A stretch of 64,000 nt of DNA, taken from contig CAZXUJ010000001.1 of the NCBI GenBank assembly GCA_964643995.1, forward strand, positions 273,492 to 337,491, read 5' to 3'. The DNA is from an uncultured Candidatus Saccharibacteria bacterium (GTDB lineage: Bacteria > Patescibacteriota > WWE3 > UBA101185 > UBA10185). The notes below the pieces were generated by a model that was not told where the DNA came from, ran no database searches, and saw nothing but the letters and a program-made list of their open reading frames with translations. A program made the translations under genes and the position numbers. Positions 9,068 to 20,709 of the stretch are shown here, in pieces (the first letter of the stretch is position 1; each line of letters opens with the position of its first letter).

Positions 9068-12000
9068 TTACTCTTCCAGTTTTGCACGCTCTCCTGTTGG
9101 GATAAGACGACCAATTATTACATTTTCTTTTAGTCCCAACAACATGTCGACTTTACCAGAAGCTGCAGCATCGGTCAACACTTGGCTTGTCTGTATAAAT
9201 GACGCGGCAGACAAGAAACTGTCAGTATTTAGAGCAGCTTTGGTAATACCAAGCAAGGTGACTTTTGCAGTTGCTGGAACACCACCTTGTGCTAAAACGC
9301 GCTCATTTTCTTCTTCGAAAGTATCTCTAGTAACGATGGACCCTGCTAAGAATTCTGTGTCGCCACCTTCGTCTACTTTAACATGTCCAAACATCTGTCT
9401 TACAATAGATTCAATATGCTTCTCGTTAATAGAAACACCTTGCGAAGCGTAAACTTTCTGGACTTCATCAATGATGTACTCCTTGGTAGGTGCTGTGCCA
9501 ACTGTTCTTAACAAATCTGTTAAATTCAAGTGTCCTGAAGTTAATTTATCACCCTTAACAACCAACTGACCGTCTTCTACAACAATTTCTGCTACAGGAT
9601 CTACTTGATACTCCATCATTTGTTCTTCTTCATCTGGATCAGTCGCCTCAATGATTATTTTTCTTTCATCGCCTGATTGGAATACTCTAACCTTACCTGT
9701 TATATCTGCCATCAATGAGATAAACTTAGGCGCACGGGCTTCGACTAGCTCTTCAATTCTAGGCAACCCTTGAGTTATATCTTTTCCAGCAACACCACCA
9801 GTATGAAAGGTACGCATTGTTAACTGAGTTCCGGGTTCACCAATAGATTGAGCAGCCGAAACACCAACAGCAGTTCCTATTTCAACAAGCTTCTGAGTCA
9901 TAATATCGTTACCATAACAAGTGGCGCAGATTCCACGACTCACCTGACAACCTAGAGGTGATCTAACAACCATTCTTTCAACACCTAGTTTTTCAAGTTT
10001 TTCTAAGTCAGCAAGCTTCAATAAATGACCCCGTTCAAATAACACCGAACCTTTATGCTCGATAGGCTGAGCCAAGAAACGACCAGCATAGCGTTCTGGG
10101 AATGACATCAAAGCTGTTTTTACACCAACCTGAATTACACGTCCTTCTTCAGAACCACAATCATGCTCACGAATTATCACGTCCTGCGCTACATCAACCA
10201 ATTTACGTGTCAAATAACCTGCATCAGCAGTCTTTAAACCTTTATCAACTAAGCCTTTACGAGCACCACGAGCACCGATAAAGTACTCCATTGCAGGTAG
10301 ACCAAGCTTATAGTTACCTAGCAAAGGTACACTTACAACTTTACCTGTAGCATCGTAAACTAAACCTCTTATACCAGCAATTTGCATAACCTGAGTTCTT
10401 GAGGCTCTGGTAGCTTTAGACTTTATTAATACCTTTATTGGGTTTTCCTCAGGTAAGTTGTCCCAAACTAACTGATCAACCTCTGAAGTAATTCGATTCC
10501 AAACATCTTCGGTTAACCTTGTAACCTCTGCTTCTGTAATGAATCCCTTGTTGTAGTTGTTATTTATATCTTTAACATTATCTTTACCTTTTTGAATTAA
10601 CTCTTCACGACCTTCTGGGATCGCAACATCGGTTAATGAGACTGAATGACCTGAAATTGTTCCATACTTCAAGCCAATATCTTTTAAATCATCTATAAGC
10701 TTAACAACTACGTCATGATTAGGATCTTCAAAAGCGCGTTCCAGGATTTTATTAACACCATTTTTATCTATAACTTCGTTCACATAAAGTGACCCCTCTG
10801 GTAAGTAATCATTAAATATCAACCGACCTGCTGATGTCTCTACAGTCTCGTCATTAATACGTACCTTTATCTTTTGGCGCAGCTTTATACTGTGACTGCC
10901 ATGCAAAGCGTAGTAAACTTCATGTTTGTTAGCAAATACACTGCCATACAAAGGTAACTTGTCGTCATAAGATGTAATGTAATAAATACCAAACAAGATT
11001 ATTTTTGTAGGTACGGAAAAAGGAATACCGTCGGATGGTCTTCTCAAGTTGTTTGTAGAAATCATTTTGGTTTTGGCCTCTTCAATAGATTTTTCAGACA
11101 AAGGAAGTAACACAGCCATCTGGTCACCATCGAAGTCAGCATTGTACCCTGGGCAAACACACAAGTGTAATCGTATCGAGTTACCTTCAATTAACTTAGG
11201 GAAAAAGGCTTGCATACCCAATCTCCACAAAGTTGGTTGTCTATTTAAAAGTACAGGGTGCCCATCGACTAATTCTTCTAATATGTCCCAAACTTCTGCT
11301 CCCTTGGCTTCAACAACATACTTAGCGCTTTTAACATTAGGAGCTAAACCTCTAGATAATAACTCACGCAACACAAACGGCTTAAACAGTTCCAATGCCA
11401 TTTCTTTTGGTATACCGCATTCATTTAGCTTCAGGTCAGGCCCATTTATAATAACCGCGCGTCCTGAATAATCTACTCTTTTGCCAAGTAAATTCTGTCT
11501 AAAACGACCTTGCTTACCTTTTAACTGATCAGCCAAGGATTTCAACACTTTCTTTCCACGGCGGCTTCTGCCTTTGTTTCTCTGTTTAGACGAATCAATC
11601 AATGCATCGACAGCCTCTTGTAGCATTCGTTTTTCGTTGCGTGTTATTATTTCAGGTGCACCAAGCTCTAAAAGCTTTTTCAAACGGTTATTTCGGTTAA
11701 TAACGCGTCTATATAAATCGTTTGCGTCGGATGTTGCAAATCTACCACCTTCAAGTTGAACCATAGGTCTTACTTCAGGTGGAATAACAGGCACAGCATT
11801 TAATACCATACGGGATGGCTCAATATTTGCTTTTCTAAATCCCTCTACAACTTTTAATCTTTTTGATGTTTTGAGAGCTTTTTGACCCTTATGTCTTTCT
11901 AAATCGCTTCGGAGTTGTTCTGAGAGTTCGTTGAGATCAAGACCCTCAAGTATTTCTTTTACAGCATCTGCGCCTATTGCGACGCGGCAAAACATATCAA

Positions 12001-12742
12001 TGTAGTCAGAAAGATTTATATACTCTACGTCAGACATTACTGAATACAACTCAATACCTTCAATTTTTTTTTGGATTAATCTAAAGTGAACTTCTATTTC
12101 GCGTACTTTTTCGGCTTCTGCATCTCGTATAACCTGAAGTTTCTGCCTCATTTTAAGTAGGTTTTCTTGTGCAGAAAAATCCTTGGACGACTCCAGGACC
12201 TCAATTTCGTCTTCGAGTTTAGTTATTTCATCCTCGTAATCATTCCTCATTGATTCAACATGAACTTCAGTATCCTCAGTAATCTTTGAGATTGCCTGAG
12301 CTTTTTTACTGGGGTCAAACTCAGTTACTATAAAAGAGGAGAAGTATATTACCGATTCGAGGTTTCTAGGCGATATGTCTAAAAGAGTAGCCATCTTTGA
12401 TGGAATACCTTTAAAAAACCAAACATGTACTACAGGAGAAGCTAATTTGATATGACCCATTCTTTCACGACGCACACGAGAGTGAGTTACCTCAACACCA
12501 CACTTATCACAAATTACACTCTTGTATCTGTAACCTTTATATTTTCCGCAATAACATTGATAATCCTTAACGGGCCCAAAAATTCTTTCGTCGAATAAAC
12601 CATCTCTTTCAGGTCTAAATGTTCTGTAGTTGATTGTTTCAGGTTTTGTGACTTCGCCGAAAGACCAATTTAAAACATCATCAGTTGAGATGAGGTAAAT
12701 TCTTAAAGCTTCAAAATCTTTTAATAAATTTAAATCGCGCAT
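9068..12742 (-). CDS. rpoC: DNA-directed RNA polymerase subunit beta'
   Basis: 1224 aa; [11 protein letters not shown] catalytic motif, zinc-binding cysteines and a long conserved beta' sequence. Confidence 0.98.
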   Translation of the reverse strand: MRDLNLLKDFEALRIYLISTDDVLNWSFGEVTKPETINYRTFRPERDGLFDERIFGPVKDYQCYCGKYKGYRYKSVICDKCGVEVTHSRVRRERMGHIKLASPVVHVWFFKGIPSKMATLLDISPRNLESVIYFSSFIVTEFDPSKKAQAISKITEDTEVHVESMRNDYEDEITKLEDEIEVLESSKDFSAQENLLKMRQKLQVIRDAEAEKVREIEVHFRLIQKKIEGIELYSVMSDVEYINLSDYIDMFCRVAIGADAVKEILEGLDLNELSEQLRSDLERHKGQKALKTSKRLKVVEGFRKANIEPSRMVLNAVPVIPPEVRPMVQLEGGRFATSDANDLYRRVINRNNRLKKLLELGAPEIITRNEKRMLQEAVDALIDSSKQRNKGRSRRGKKVLKSLADQLKGKQGRFRQNLLGKRVDYSGRAVIINGPDLKLNECGIPKEMALELFKPFVLRELLSRGLAPNVKSAKYVVEAKGAEVWDILEELVDGHPVLLNRQPTLWRLGMQAFFPKLIEGNSIRLHLCVCPGYNADFDGDQMAVLLPLSEKSIEEAKTKMISTNNLRRPSDGIPFSVPTKIILFGIYYITSYDDKLPLYGSVFANKHEVYYALHGSHSIKLRQKIKVRINDETVETSAGRLIFNDYLPEGSLYVNEVIDKNGVNKILERAFEDPNHDVVVKLIDDLKDIGLKYGTISGHSVSLTDVAIPEGREELIQKGKDNVKDINNNYNKGFITEAEVTRLTEDVWNRITSEVDQLVWDNLPEENPIKVLIKSKATRASRTQVMQIAGIRGLVYDATGKVVSVPLLGNYKLGLPAMEYFIGARGARKGLVDKGLKTADAGYLTRKLVDVAQDVIIREHDCGSEEGRVIQVGVKTALMSFPERYAGRFLAQPIEHKGSVLFERGHLLKLADLEKLEKLGVERMVVRSPLGCQVSRGICATCYGNDIMTQKLVEIGTAVGVSAAQSIGEPGTQLTMRTFHTGGVAGKDITQGLPRIEELVEARAPKFISLMADITGKVRVFQSGDERKIIIEATDPDEEEQMMEYQVDPVAEIVVEDGQLVVKGDKLTSGHLNLTDLLRTVGTAPTKEYIIDEVQKVYASQGVSINEKHIESIVRQMFGHVKVDEGGDTEFLAGSIVTRDTFEEENERVLAQGGVPATAKVTLLGITKAALNTDSFLSAASFIQTSQVLTDAAASGKVDMLLGLKENVIIGRLIPTGERAKLEE

Positions 12743-12751
12743 ATAAGTTTT

Positions 12752-15700
12752 CTAAAAATCAGCAGAATCAGCTAAGGTTTCAGCTGTCGCGGACTCGTCT
12801 GCTTCCGAATTTGATACTGCTAAGTCATCAGGGATAGGAGTAATAGCCTCAACTACGTCTTCTTTTGCGTAGCCAATCGGTTCAATTCCTAGGCTCAAAC
12901 CATTTAACTCACGAACAAGCAACTTGAATGATTCAGGAATGTTAGATTCCGGTATTGGCTGCCCTTGCAAAATTGCCTTGTAAGCCTGTGTTCTACCAAG
13001 CCAGTCATCCGATTTAATCGTCAACATTTCACGCAAAATATGTGCAGCACCATAGGCTTCGAGTGCCCAAACTTCCATTTCACCTAGTCTCTGACCACCC
13101 ATCTGAGCTTTACCACCCAAAGGCTGTTGTGTTATCAACGAATATGGTCCAGTAGAACGGGCATGCATTTTTTCTTCTGACATATGAACTAACTTAAGCA
13201 AATAAGTTTCGCCTACCACTACCTCATAGTCGAAAGGCTCACCAGTTCGGCCATCTATAAGTTTCATCTTTCCTGAGACAGGTATACCTGCATCAGTTAA
13301 CTCTTTGTCTATCTCTTCTTGAGGAATAGGTTCAAAGTTAGGAACAATGTATTTTTTACCTAGAATATCGCCAGCCATTCCTAAAGGAGACTCCAGAATT
13401 TGGCCAACGTTCATACGTTTCAAAACGGCTTCAGATGAAAAAATTACATCAACTGGTGTACCATCCTCAAGATGAGGCATATCAACTTCGGATATAATGG
13501 CCGAAATAACACCTTTGTTACCATGACGTCCTGATAACTTATCACCTACTTGTACTTTTTTACGTGAAGCTACATATACTGTAATTTCTTCCAGAGTACC
13601 TGTAGGCAAATTGTTGTTATCTTTTCTGGTTACTCTTTTAACTCCAATTACGGTACCGTGTTTACCATGAGGTACTACAAGCGAGTTGTCTCGTACTTCT
13701 TTGGCTTTTTCACCAAATATAGCTCTTAACAATCTTTCTTCTGCAGAGAGCTCGACCTCACCTTTTGGTGCGACTTTTCCAACCAATATATCGCCACCTT
13801 TTACTTCTGAACCTATTACTGCTATGCCAGTCTCATCAAGATTTCTCAGTACTTCCTCAGAAACGTTAGGTATATCTGCTGTTATTTCCTCTGGACCTAA
13901 CTTAGTTTCCAGTACTGAGACTTTATAATTAGTAATATGAATCGAGGTTAAAGTGTCATTTTTTACTAATCTGTCAGAGACAATAATACCGTCTTCATAT
14001 TCATAGCCTTCGTAAATCATGTAAGCAACTTTAACATTGGTTCCTATTGCTAATTCGCCAGCATCAGAAGCAGGTCCCTCTAACAAAACATCACCCTTCT
14101 TTACTTTTTGGCCAGTGGACACTCGTACATTTTCATTTATACTTGTGTATTGATTTGATCGTACAAACTTCTTTACTAAATATTCAGTGTCTTTCTTCTC
14201 ACCCTTATACTTAACTCTAACTCTTTCGGCGTCCGCATATGTAACTTCACCATCGCTAGTCGCTAAAGATACCACCCCCGCATTTACGGCAATGGCACGC
14301 TCAATACCTGAAGCAACAATGGGAGCCTGAGCTTTGATTAAAGGCACTGCCTGAGACATTTGCTGGGTACCCATTAAAGCTCGGGAAATGTCATCATTTG
14401 GTAAGAAAGGGATCATACCGGCCGCAATACCTACAGTCTGACTTGGTATTAATTCCATATATTGTGCGACAGAGACATCCCCTAAGATAAAATGTCCGCC
14501 TTTGCGTAGCGGAACTTGTTTCTGAGTCAAATAACCATCCTTGTCGTGGCTAATAGAACTGTCAGTAATAAACACTTTGTCCTCATCGTAAGCAGCAAGA
14601 TACACTACTTCATCTGCAACTTTCATTCTTCCATCTGTGTGTTTTACAATCTTTCTATAAGGTGTCTCCAAGAAACCGTATTCATTTACTTTTGCATAAG
14701 TCGCTAAATAATTTATAAGACCAACGTTTGGACCTTCAGGAGTTCGAACTGGACAAATCTTCCCGAATGAAGAATAGTGAACGTCACGAACAGACATGCT
14801 GGCACGTTCTCTTGTTAGACCACCCGGTCCTAAAACTGATAATCTTCTTAAGTGGTCAATAGCAGTCATGGGATTTTGCTGATCATGATGCTGAGATAAC
14901 TGACCTGTTGCAAAAAAGCTATGAATTGAAGATGCAACCGTACGAGCTGAAATCAAAACTGATGGTTCAGGTAATTCGTCTCTAGGTTGTAAACTCATTC
15001 GCTCTTTTATATTTCTTTCCATTCTTAAAAAGCCAATTCTAACCTCGTCTTGTAGCAATTCACCAATACTTCTTACACGTCTATTTGCTAGATGGTCAAC
15101 ATCGTTTGGCTCAGCTTCTTCATTGTTGATTTTTATAACTCTTTTTACGATGTTAATTAGGTCTTCTAGTTGTAATAGGTAATAGTCCGACTCTAAAGGA
15201 AGATTAAGGTCCAAGGTTTGATTAAGTTTAAATCTACCAACCTTGCCAAGTGAATATCTTCGTTTATTAAAAAATATTGTATTGGAAAGGCCGCGTGCAT
15301 TTTCAAGTATTAAAGGTTCGCCGGGCCTAAGCTTTTTATAGACTTCAAGAACAGCTTCGTTATATGAGGAAGATGGATCTTTTGCTAAAGTATTATCTAT
15401 GTAGTGTATTTCTGGGTTTGTGTCAACTTCTTTAAATGTTTCACGAATAGCTTCATCAGTTTCTAAGCCAAATATTCTTAACAATACAGAAACAGGCATT
15501 TTTCTTCTTCGGTCAATCTTTACACTGATAACACCTGATTTAGATGTGTCAAGTTCAAGCCAAACGCCATTCTTAGGAAGAATTTTAGCGCCCCCTAAAT
15601 ATTTACCAGTACTTGCGTGAACATCTCTAATAAACAAAACACCTTCAGCTCTTCTGAGCTGGTTTATAACTATGCGCTCAATACCATTAACAACAAAGGT

Positions 15701-16036
15701 TCCACTCGGAGTCATTAACGGGATATCTCCCATATAAATAGATTGTTCTTTGGATTTTTTGTTAATAGGATCCTCAAGTTTAGCCTTTACATACCAAGGG
15801 GCGTCATATGTTCTACCTTTATATAGTGCGTCATCAATAGTCAAATTTTCTTTATCAAATGTAGGATCAGAGAGAGTAAGTATCCAGCCACGACCGGTTT
15901 GATCCTCTACAGTACCGAGTTCATCCAGCACTTCTGTTATCCCCTCGGCTTTCAACCATTCATAGGATTCATGCTGGACGTTTATTAAATTTGGCAGGTC
16001 TTGTAATTTTTTTCTTTTAGAAAAATCGTGTCTCAT
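12752..16036 (-). CDS. rpoB: DNA-directed RNA polymerase subunit beta
   Basis: 1094 aa; conserved beta-subunit blocks (…GRHGNKGV…, …[20 protein letters not shown]…). Confidence 0.98.
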   Translation of the reverse strand: [1094 protein letters not shown]

Positions 16037-16169
16037 TAAATAACTCTAAACTTTGGGCATAGCCCGCAAGAATCTACTACCAGTCACCATTTTATAGGCA
16101 AGCGAAAGGGTAACATAGCAAATACCATGTGTCAACAATTTCGGCTTTACAACTTGCTATTTAATTAGT

Positions 16170-16724
16170 TCAAAAAATCTTGGCTTCTTTTATTGGCCAA
16201 AATTTAAGAACCACTTTTCCCAAAATCCTATCCTCAGTAATTACCCCAAATAAACGAGAATCTGCAGAACGAGTGCGATTATCACCTAACACTATGTATT
16301 CATCATCCTCAAGCTGCATGGAACGACCCTCTTGCAACATTGGCCCCTCAGACGTACAGGTACCATTGTACAAATAAGGCTCTTCTAACTTAAATTTCTC
16401 TCCATCCTTTGATATATATACATCGCAGTTAAGAACCTTTATCACGTCACCGGGAACACCAACAACACGTTTAACGTAGTCAACACCATCGTTTTCGGGT
16501 GGATGTAAAACGACTATATCACCTCTTTCGTAGTTTTTAAAGTGACTTGTTATACGTTCTACAAGTATGCGCTCTCCCCCATATATAGTAGGTTCCATAC
16601 TGGCACCTAGGACAACCTCAGGTAAAGCTACCCACCAGTAGATCATAAGTAAAACAACAAATGAGGTTATAAAGGTTTCTAATATTTCTATTATAAAACT
16701 TTTTTCAGTAACTTTATCTGACAT
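16170..16724 (-). CDS. lepB: Signal peptidase I (S26 family)
   Basis: N-terminal TM segment; GASMEPT (catalytic Ser box), GDNRxxSxDSR (box E) and KRVVGVPGD motifs. Confidence 0.85.
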   Translation of the reverse strand: MSDKVTEKSFIIEILETFITSFVVLLMIYWWVALPEVVLGASMEPTIYGGERILVERITSHFKNYERGDIVVLHPPENDGVDYVKRVVGVPGDVIKVLNCDVYISKDGEKFKLEEPYLYNGTCTSEGPMLQEGRSMQLEDDEYIVLGDNRTRSADSRLFGVITEDRILGKVVLKFWPIKEAKIF

Positions 16725-16750
16725 AAAAGGCTAAGTAGAATCCTAACATT

Positions 16751-17398
16751 TTATACTTCAAATATCTCTAAAATACTCTTTGGAGTATGCACTAAATAGT
16801 CGGGTTCATGCTTTTTTAACAACTCCTCTGAATTGTACCCCCAAGTTACGGCTATGGAGTGTATGTTGCTTTTTTTTGCGGCGTCAATATCACGCACCTC
16901 ATCACCAACATAGAATGTTTTAGACGGAGTCATTCCTGATGACTTCATTATCTTGTTTAGACTACGATGCTTACCAAACAAAGAACGTTCAGATCGCACG
17001 AATTCAAACACGTCAACTTTATGTATTGATAGAAAATCATTTACATTATCAACTGAATTACCCGTGAGGATACCTAGTCTATACCCATGTTTTTTCAGGC
17101 TCTGCAAAACTTCAGGGACTCCATCAAAAGAAGAGACACTGGAGAGTTCCTTGTTTAAATCACTTTGTAGTTGCTTAAGAAAGGCAGGGACTCGAAATGT
17201 ATGTACATTGAATTCCTTCAATAAATAAGAGATTGAGAGGTTTCTAAGTTTCTCAATTTCGAGAGGGTTGACACCGTCTATTTTATATCTTGCAGGATCA
17301 CGATTTATAATTTCAACAATTTTATAGAGTGTATTAGCCAAAGTTCCATCAAAATCAAAAATGATAGTTGTGTCTGAAATATCCTGTTGGGTAAACAT
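16751..17398 (-). CDS. HAD-superfamily hydrolase (phosphatase-like)
   Basis: N-terminal DxDGTL motif (IIFDFDGTLANT) plus a later GDxxxD-type motif (YVGDEVRDIDAA). Confidence 0.75.
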   Translation of the reverse strand: MFTQQDISDTTIIFDFDGTLANTLYKIVEIINRDPARYKIDGVNPLEIEKLRNLSISYLLKEFNVHTFRVPAFLKQLQSDLNKELSSVSSFDGVPEVLQSLKKHGYRLGILTGNSVDNVNDFLSIHKVDVFEFVRSERSLFGKHRSLNKIMKSSGMTPSKTFYVGDEVRDIDAAKKSNIHSIAVTWGYNSEELLKKHEPDYLVHTPKSILEIFEV

Positions 17399-17448
17399 AT
17401 TTAAATAATAGCATTGAAAGTTTGTTTATAGGCACGTAATATTTACTT

Positions 17449-17805
17449 ATGCACAACACCTGGAAGACTGACGAAGATGCTTTAAACCTTCAAACGACGT
17501 ATGCAGAAAACGCTAGAGAGGAAAACCCAGCATTCGAAATTGTATGGCCACAGGACGCTTCATATGCAACTACAATAAGTTTCGACACAGCTCTCTCAAC
17601 AGTGGGACCAGAGGAGGGAGATATGTTGACACGAACGTCTCCAGATACCGTAGCAAATATTTACATGGTTATGGGATGGCATTTTCAAGATGCGGACTCG
17701 GAAACAGAGGCAGTTTTCGAGTATGACCCAACAGACGATCAAGCATTGATAAATAAACTTGAAGGAAATTTAGACGAATTGATAGTATTGGCAAACCAGC
17801 CATAG
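17449..17805 (+). CDS. Hypothetical acidic protein (118 aa). It ends at a TAG that is in frame with the downstream 910-aa ORF
   Basis: The ORF is present and very Asp/Glu-rich. It is in the same frame as 17977..20709, separated only by the TAG at 17803-17805 and 57 sense codons. Confidence 0.4.
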   Translation: MHNTWKTDEDALNLQTTYAENAREENPAFEIVWPQDASYATTISFDTALSTVGPEEGDMLTRTSPDTVANIYMVMGWHFQDADSETEAVFEYDPTDDQALINKLEGNLDELIVLANQP

Positions 17806-17976
17806 ACTCCATCCTATGACAGTTTTGAAGATCCAACACTAGAATCACAGGATATTTCAGCTGAAGATGAAGTTCCTACAGAACAGGTTGTAGAACAGAT
17901 AGCACCAACAGAGCTTACACGTGGGCAAAAACTCATAGGGCTTGTACGAACTATAACAAAAGAAGCGGCACCTGTA

Positions 17977-20709
17977 GTGATAGGTATGGGTACTAAAATG
18001 GCTGTTAAGGGTGCTGCTGCAGGAATTATAGGTGGACCGGCACTTGCAGGTCTTGCTGGTGGATTAGCCACAGGAGTCAGGGTCGGAGTATCTCTACAAT
18101 TTGAGGGCAAAGACATACTTGATCCTGAAGAGCTCGGGGAGTCTAGCGTTGCAAAAATCCATGAAAGGTATGTCATGAAACAAAAACGTAGGGCTGAGAA
18201 AGGTGGCAAGATTAACCGGGCACTTACACTTCTCAATGCTCCTGAGAAGTGGGCAGTCGAAAAAACTTTCAAAACCGAGGAAAGAGAAAAAATGATTGAT
18301 GAGCAGTTACTAGCACTAGGTATAGGGATAAAAGCCGATGAGCAAGGTAAAGCCTATCTCGAAACTACAGATGGTAGAAAAATTTCCGAAATATTGACGC
18401 AAGCAGACACTCCACCAGAAAATCCTAACGAAAAGAGCCAGCTAGACATATTGATCCAGCGCATGGCTGTACAGGGACGGCTGGCTGGACACTCATCTAG
18501 CACTATGGAAGGAATGCGAGATGTAAAAAAGGAGCTGTTCTTACAGGCATGTGCAATTAAAGGTGAAAATGACCCCTCTTTACTTGAAGCAACACTAGAA
18601 GCAGCAAAAGCTGAGTTCGGAACTAAGGAAAAACTTGCCACTACAGGTATGCTTGCAGGTATTTCTGCTGCAAAATCAGCATTTAAGGGTGCGATAGGTG
18701 TGGCTTTAGCTGAAAGTGTAATTGGTGAAAATATCGAGGAAACTATAGAAAAAGGCATCGAATTTGTGGGCGCCAAATTTGAATATGCGGCAGAATCCCT
18801 AAAAGATACTACTGAGCAACTAGCAGTCTATCTAGGAAAATTCAGAGAATATGGCACACAATTGGTTAACGCCCTGAGACAGCGAGAGGAAGCACGTAAG
18901 GGACTCGAGCAAGTAATAAAACTTACGAGTTATATCCGTGCCATAAAAGGTGTAGAGGAAACACTTGGTAGTGCAAGGCTTGTGGCTGAAAACGTCAGAG
19001 CCATAGATATAGAGACGCTGGATGTGGAAGTACCATCAGGCTCAACAGTCGGACAAGAGCTACTTACGAGTCTGCAAAGCAATGGAGAAGGAATAAACAT
19101 TTGGGATGAGAGTTCTGCGGATGTGTGGGGAGCTATGGTATTTGAGAATCAAGATGACGGGTTTTTTCTCGATGCTATAGCCATGGCAAAATCTGCTGGA
19201 GATGAGCAGTGGTTACAATTTGCGAACGAGCTTGGTTTGGACGAAACAACCGGACAGTTCGATAAAGAGGCAATTTTGAGTCTAGTAGAAAAAGCTAAAG
19301 GTGGAGATCGGGAAGCATTTCAAAAATTATATAGAATGTTTCATTGGGTAAGAGCTGGTGAACACATAGGTATTCCAACTAATATTCATACCCTACTTGA
19401 AACCGGCTTATCTCATGTTGAAGCTACAGATGTGACTTTAGAACCAGTGACTGAGTCCATTACTACGATAGTCGAAAATACAGCGCTTACGGATATTCCA
19501 ATGACTGAAGCGGCACTAGAAGCCGAAATTATGGGACAAACGCTGACTGAAGCAGATGCTAAAACGCAAGCGCTTATGGAATCTATAAGGGCTATAACTG
19601 GATCCAGGGATCCAGTTGCAGACATGCTTGATAGAGTAGAAGATTTAGGCGACAAAATAGGGGACATGGAGGGGCTAATAGGTCCAGTTGCCGAACGAAT
19701 CGAAGAGCTTACAGAAAAAATTGAAGACACGTATCAAGATATAGGAGGCATAGAAACTCTAGCAAATGCATATTATAGAGTTCGTGGAATAATAGAAAAT
19801 GAACCTGAGTTTCTAGAAAAACTGTCAGAGCTAGAAGGTACAACTGAGAGCGCGGAAATGCCAGAGGATAGCGTTGCTGAAGGAGCTCTACAAGCTTTTA
19901 AGGAGGCGCCGTTGACTTATTTGGGGCTAGCAGTGGCAGGCCGCTGGATGTTCGGAGGTAAAAAAAGGTGGAGAAGTAGTAAAAACCGAAACACACAAAC
20001 TACAGCACCTCGTACCCAAACACCACCTGCAACGCAGCCAACAAACATAACAGCGCAAGCAGATGCATTAACGAATTTAGCGGATAGCATAACAGTAGGA
20101 AACTCTAGAGAAGCTCAAGCAACAACACCAGTTCAATCAAGAACAGTACAATCACCACAATATATACCTGGACAGTTTGATTTCAATACTACAAGTACGC
20201 TAGAACCGGGATATGACGTTGAATTTACCTATGGAGATACACCTGAAAACAACATGGGTATGGCAGAGGACAATTACGAAATAGACCAGCTGAAAAGACA
20301 GAGGCAGGCTGAGCAACAAAGACTTGCAGATGAAGCAATAATGGAGGCATATAGAGAAAGAGAGCAACTGCTGAATGAATATAGAGATAAAGGTGTAATA
20401 CCTTTTTACAGAGAAGTTATAGACTTTAAGCCAGTGGATGTAGAAGGTATAAATACAAGAAAAATACCTGTACCAAAAGTTGAATTGCTCGGGACATCTG
20501 AGAAGATTGATATGGAAGGCTTAAGGATTACAATAACTAACGAGGTTAGACAGGAAATAATTGCACAATTACAAAAAGAAGATCCTGATTTTGATTACAG
20601 TAAGGATACGCATGGTACTACAGCATTACAAGGCGGGCCAGTGGGCCGAAGGGCTTGCAATCTTAAACACGGGAAATTAACCTTTTCTGTGTGCAGGGGA
20701 ATTTATTAA
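17977..20709 (+). CDS. Large orphan protein (910 aa from the first ATG). It has an N-terminal Gly/Ala-rich hydrophobic segment and is acidic and low-complexity in places
   Basis: Long uninterrupted ORF. GC looks visibly higher than in the flanks. I recognised no family motifs. GAAAGIIGGPALAGLAGGLATG and LTYLGLAVAGRWMF look like TM segments. The C-terminus overlaps the secA end convergently. Confidence 0.55.
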   Translation: MIGMGTKMAVKGAAAGIIGGPALAGLAGGLATGVRVGVSLQFEGKDILDPEELGESSVAKIHERYVMKQKRRAEKGGKINRALTLLNAPEKWAVEKTFKTEEREKMIDEQLLALGIGIKADEQGKAYLETTDGRKISEILTQADTPPENPNEKSQLDILIQRMAVQGRLAGHSSSTMEGMRDVKKELFLQACAIKGENDPSLLEATLEAAKAEFGTKEKLATTGMLAGISAAKSAFKGAIGVALAESVIGENIEETIEKGIEFVGAKFEYAAESLKDTTEQLAVYLGKFREYGTQLVNALRQREEARKGLEQVIKLTSYIRAIKGVEETLGSARLVAENVRAIDIETLDVEVPSGSTVGQELLTSLQSNGEGINIWDESSADVWGAMVFENQDDGFFLDAIAMAKSAGDEQWLQFANELGLDETTGQFDKEAILSLVEKAKGGDREAFQKLYRMFHWVRAGEHIGIPTNIHTLLETGLSHVEATDVTLEPVTESITTIVENTALTDIPMTEAALEAEIMGQTLTEADAKTQALMESIRAITGSRDPVADMLDRVEDLGDKIGDMEGLIGPVAERIEELTEKIEDTYQDIGGIETLANAYYRVRGIIENEPEFLEKLSELEGTTESAEMPEDSVAEGALQAFKEAPLTYLGLAVAGRWMFGGKKRWRSSKNRNTQTTAPRTQTPPATQPTNITAQADALTNLADSITVGNSREAQATTPVQSRTVQSPQYIPGQFDFNTTSTLEPGYDVEFTYGDTPENNMGMAEDNYEIDQLKRQRQAEQQRLADEAIMEAYREREQLLNEYRDKGVIPFYREVIDFKPVDVEGINTRKIPVPKVELLGTSEKIDMEGLRITITNEVRQEIIAQLQKEDPDFDYSKDTHGTTALQGGPVGRRACNLKHGKLTFSVCRGIY

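Noticed and set aside
8647-9114. 155-aa S12 ORF with a 16-residue N-terminal extension
   Set aside because: The extension overlaps the rpoC stop codon, and the universally conserved S12 N-terminus MPTINQL begins at the internal ATG at 9066.
16037-16169. Candidate rpoB promoter (a TTGACA hexamer on the minus strand ~95 nt upstream of the rpoB start)
   Set aside because: No properly spaced -10 element follows it; the nearest TATAAA lies 33 nt away. The evidence is too weak to list as a feature.
5024-19730. Numerous 60-140-aa ORFs lying inside or antisense to tuf, fusA, rpoC, rpoB and the 910-aa gene (for example 5024-5335, 6589-6858, 6821-7096, 11049-11471, 13686-13928, 17814-18272, 18354-18776, 19413-19730)
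   Set aside because: They are fully embedded in well-supported genes on the opposite strand or in another frame. Their Ser/Leu/Pro-rich low-complexity translations are typical of antisense frames, and none has start-site signals.
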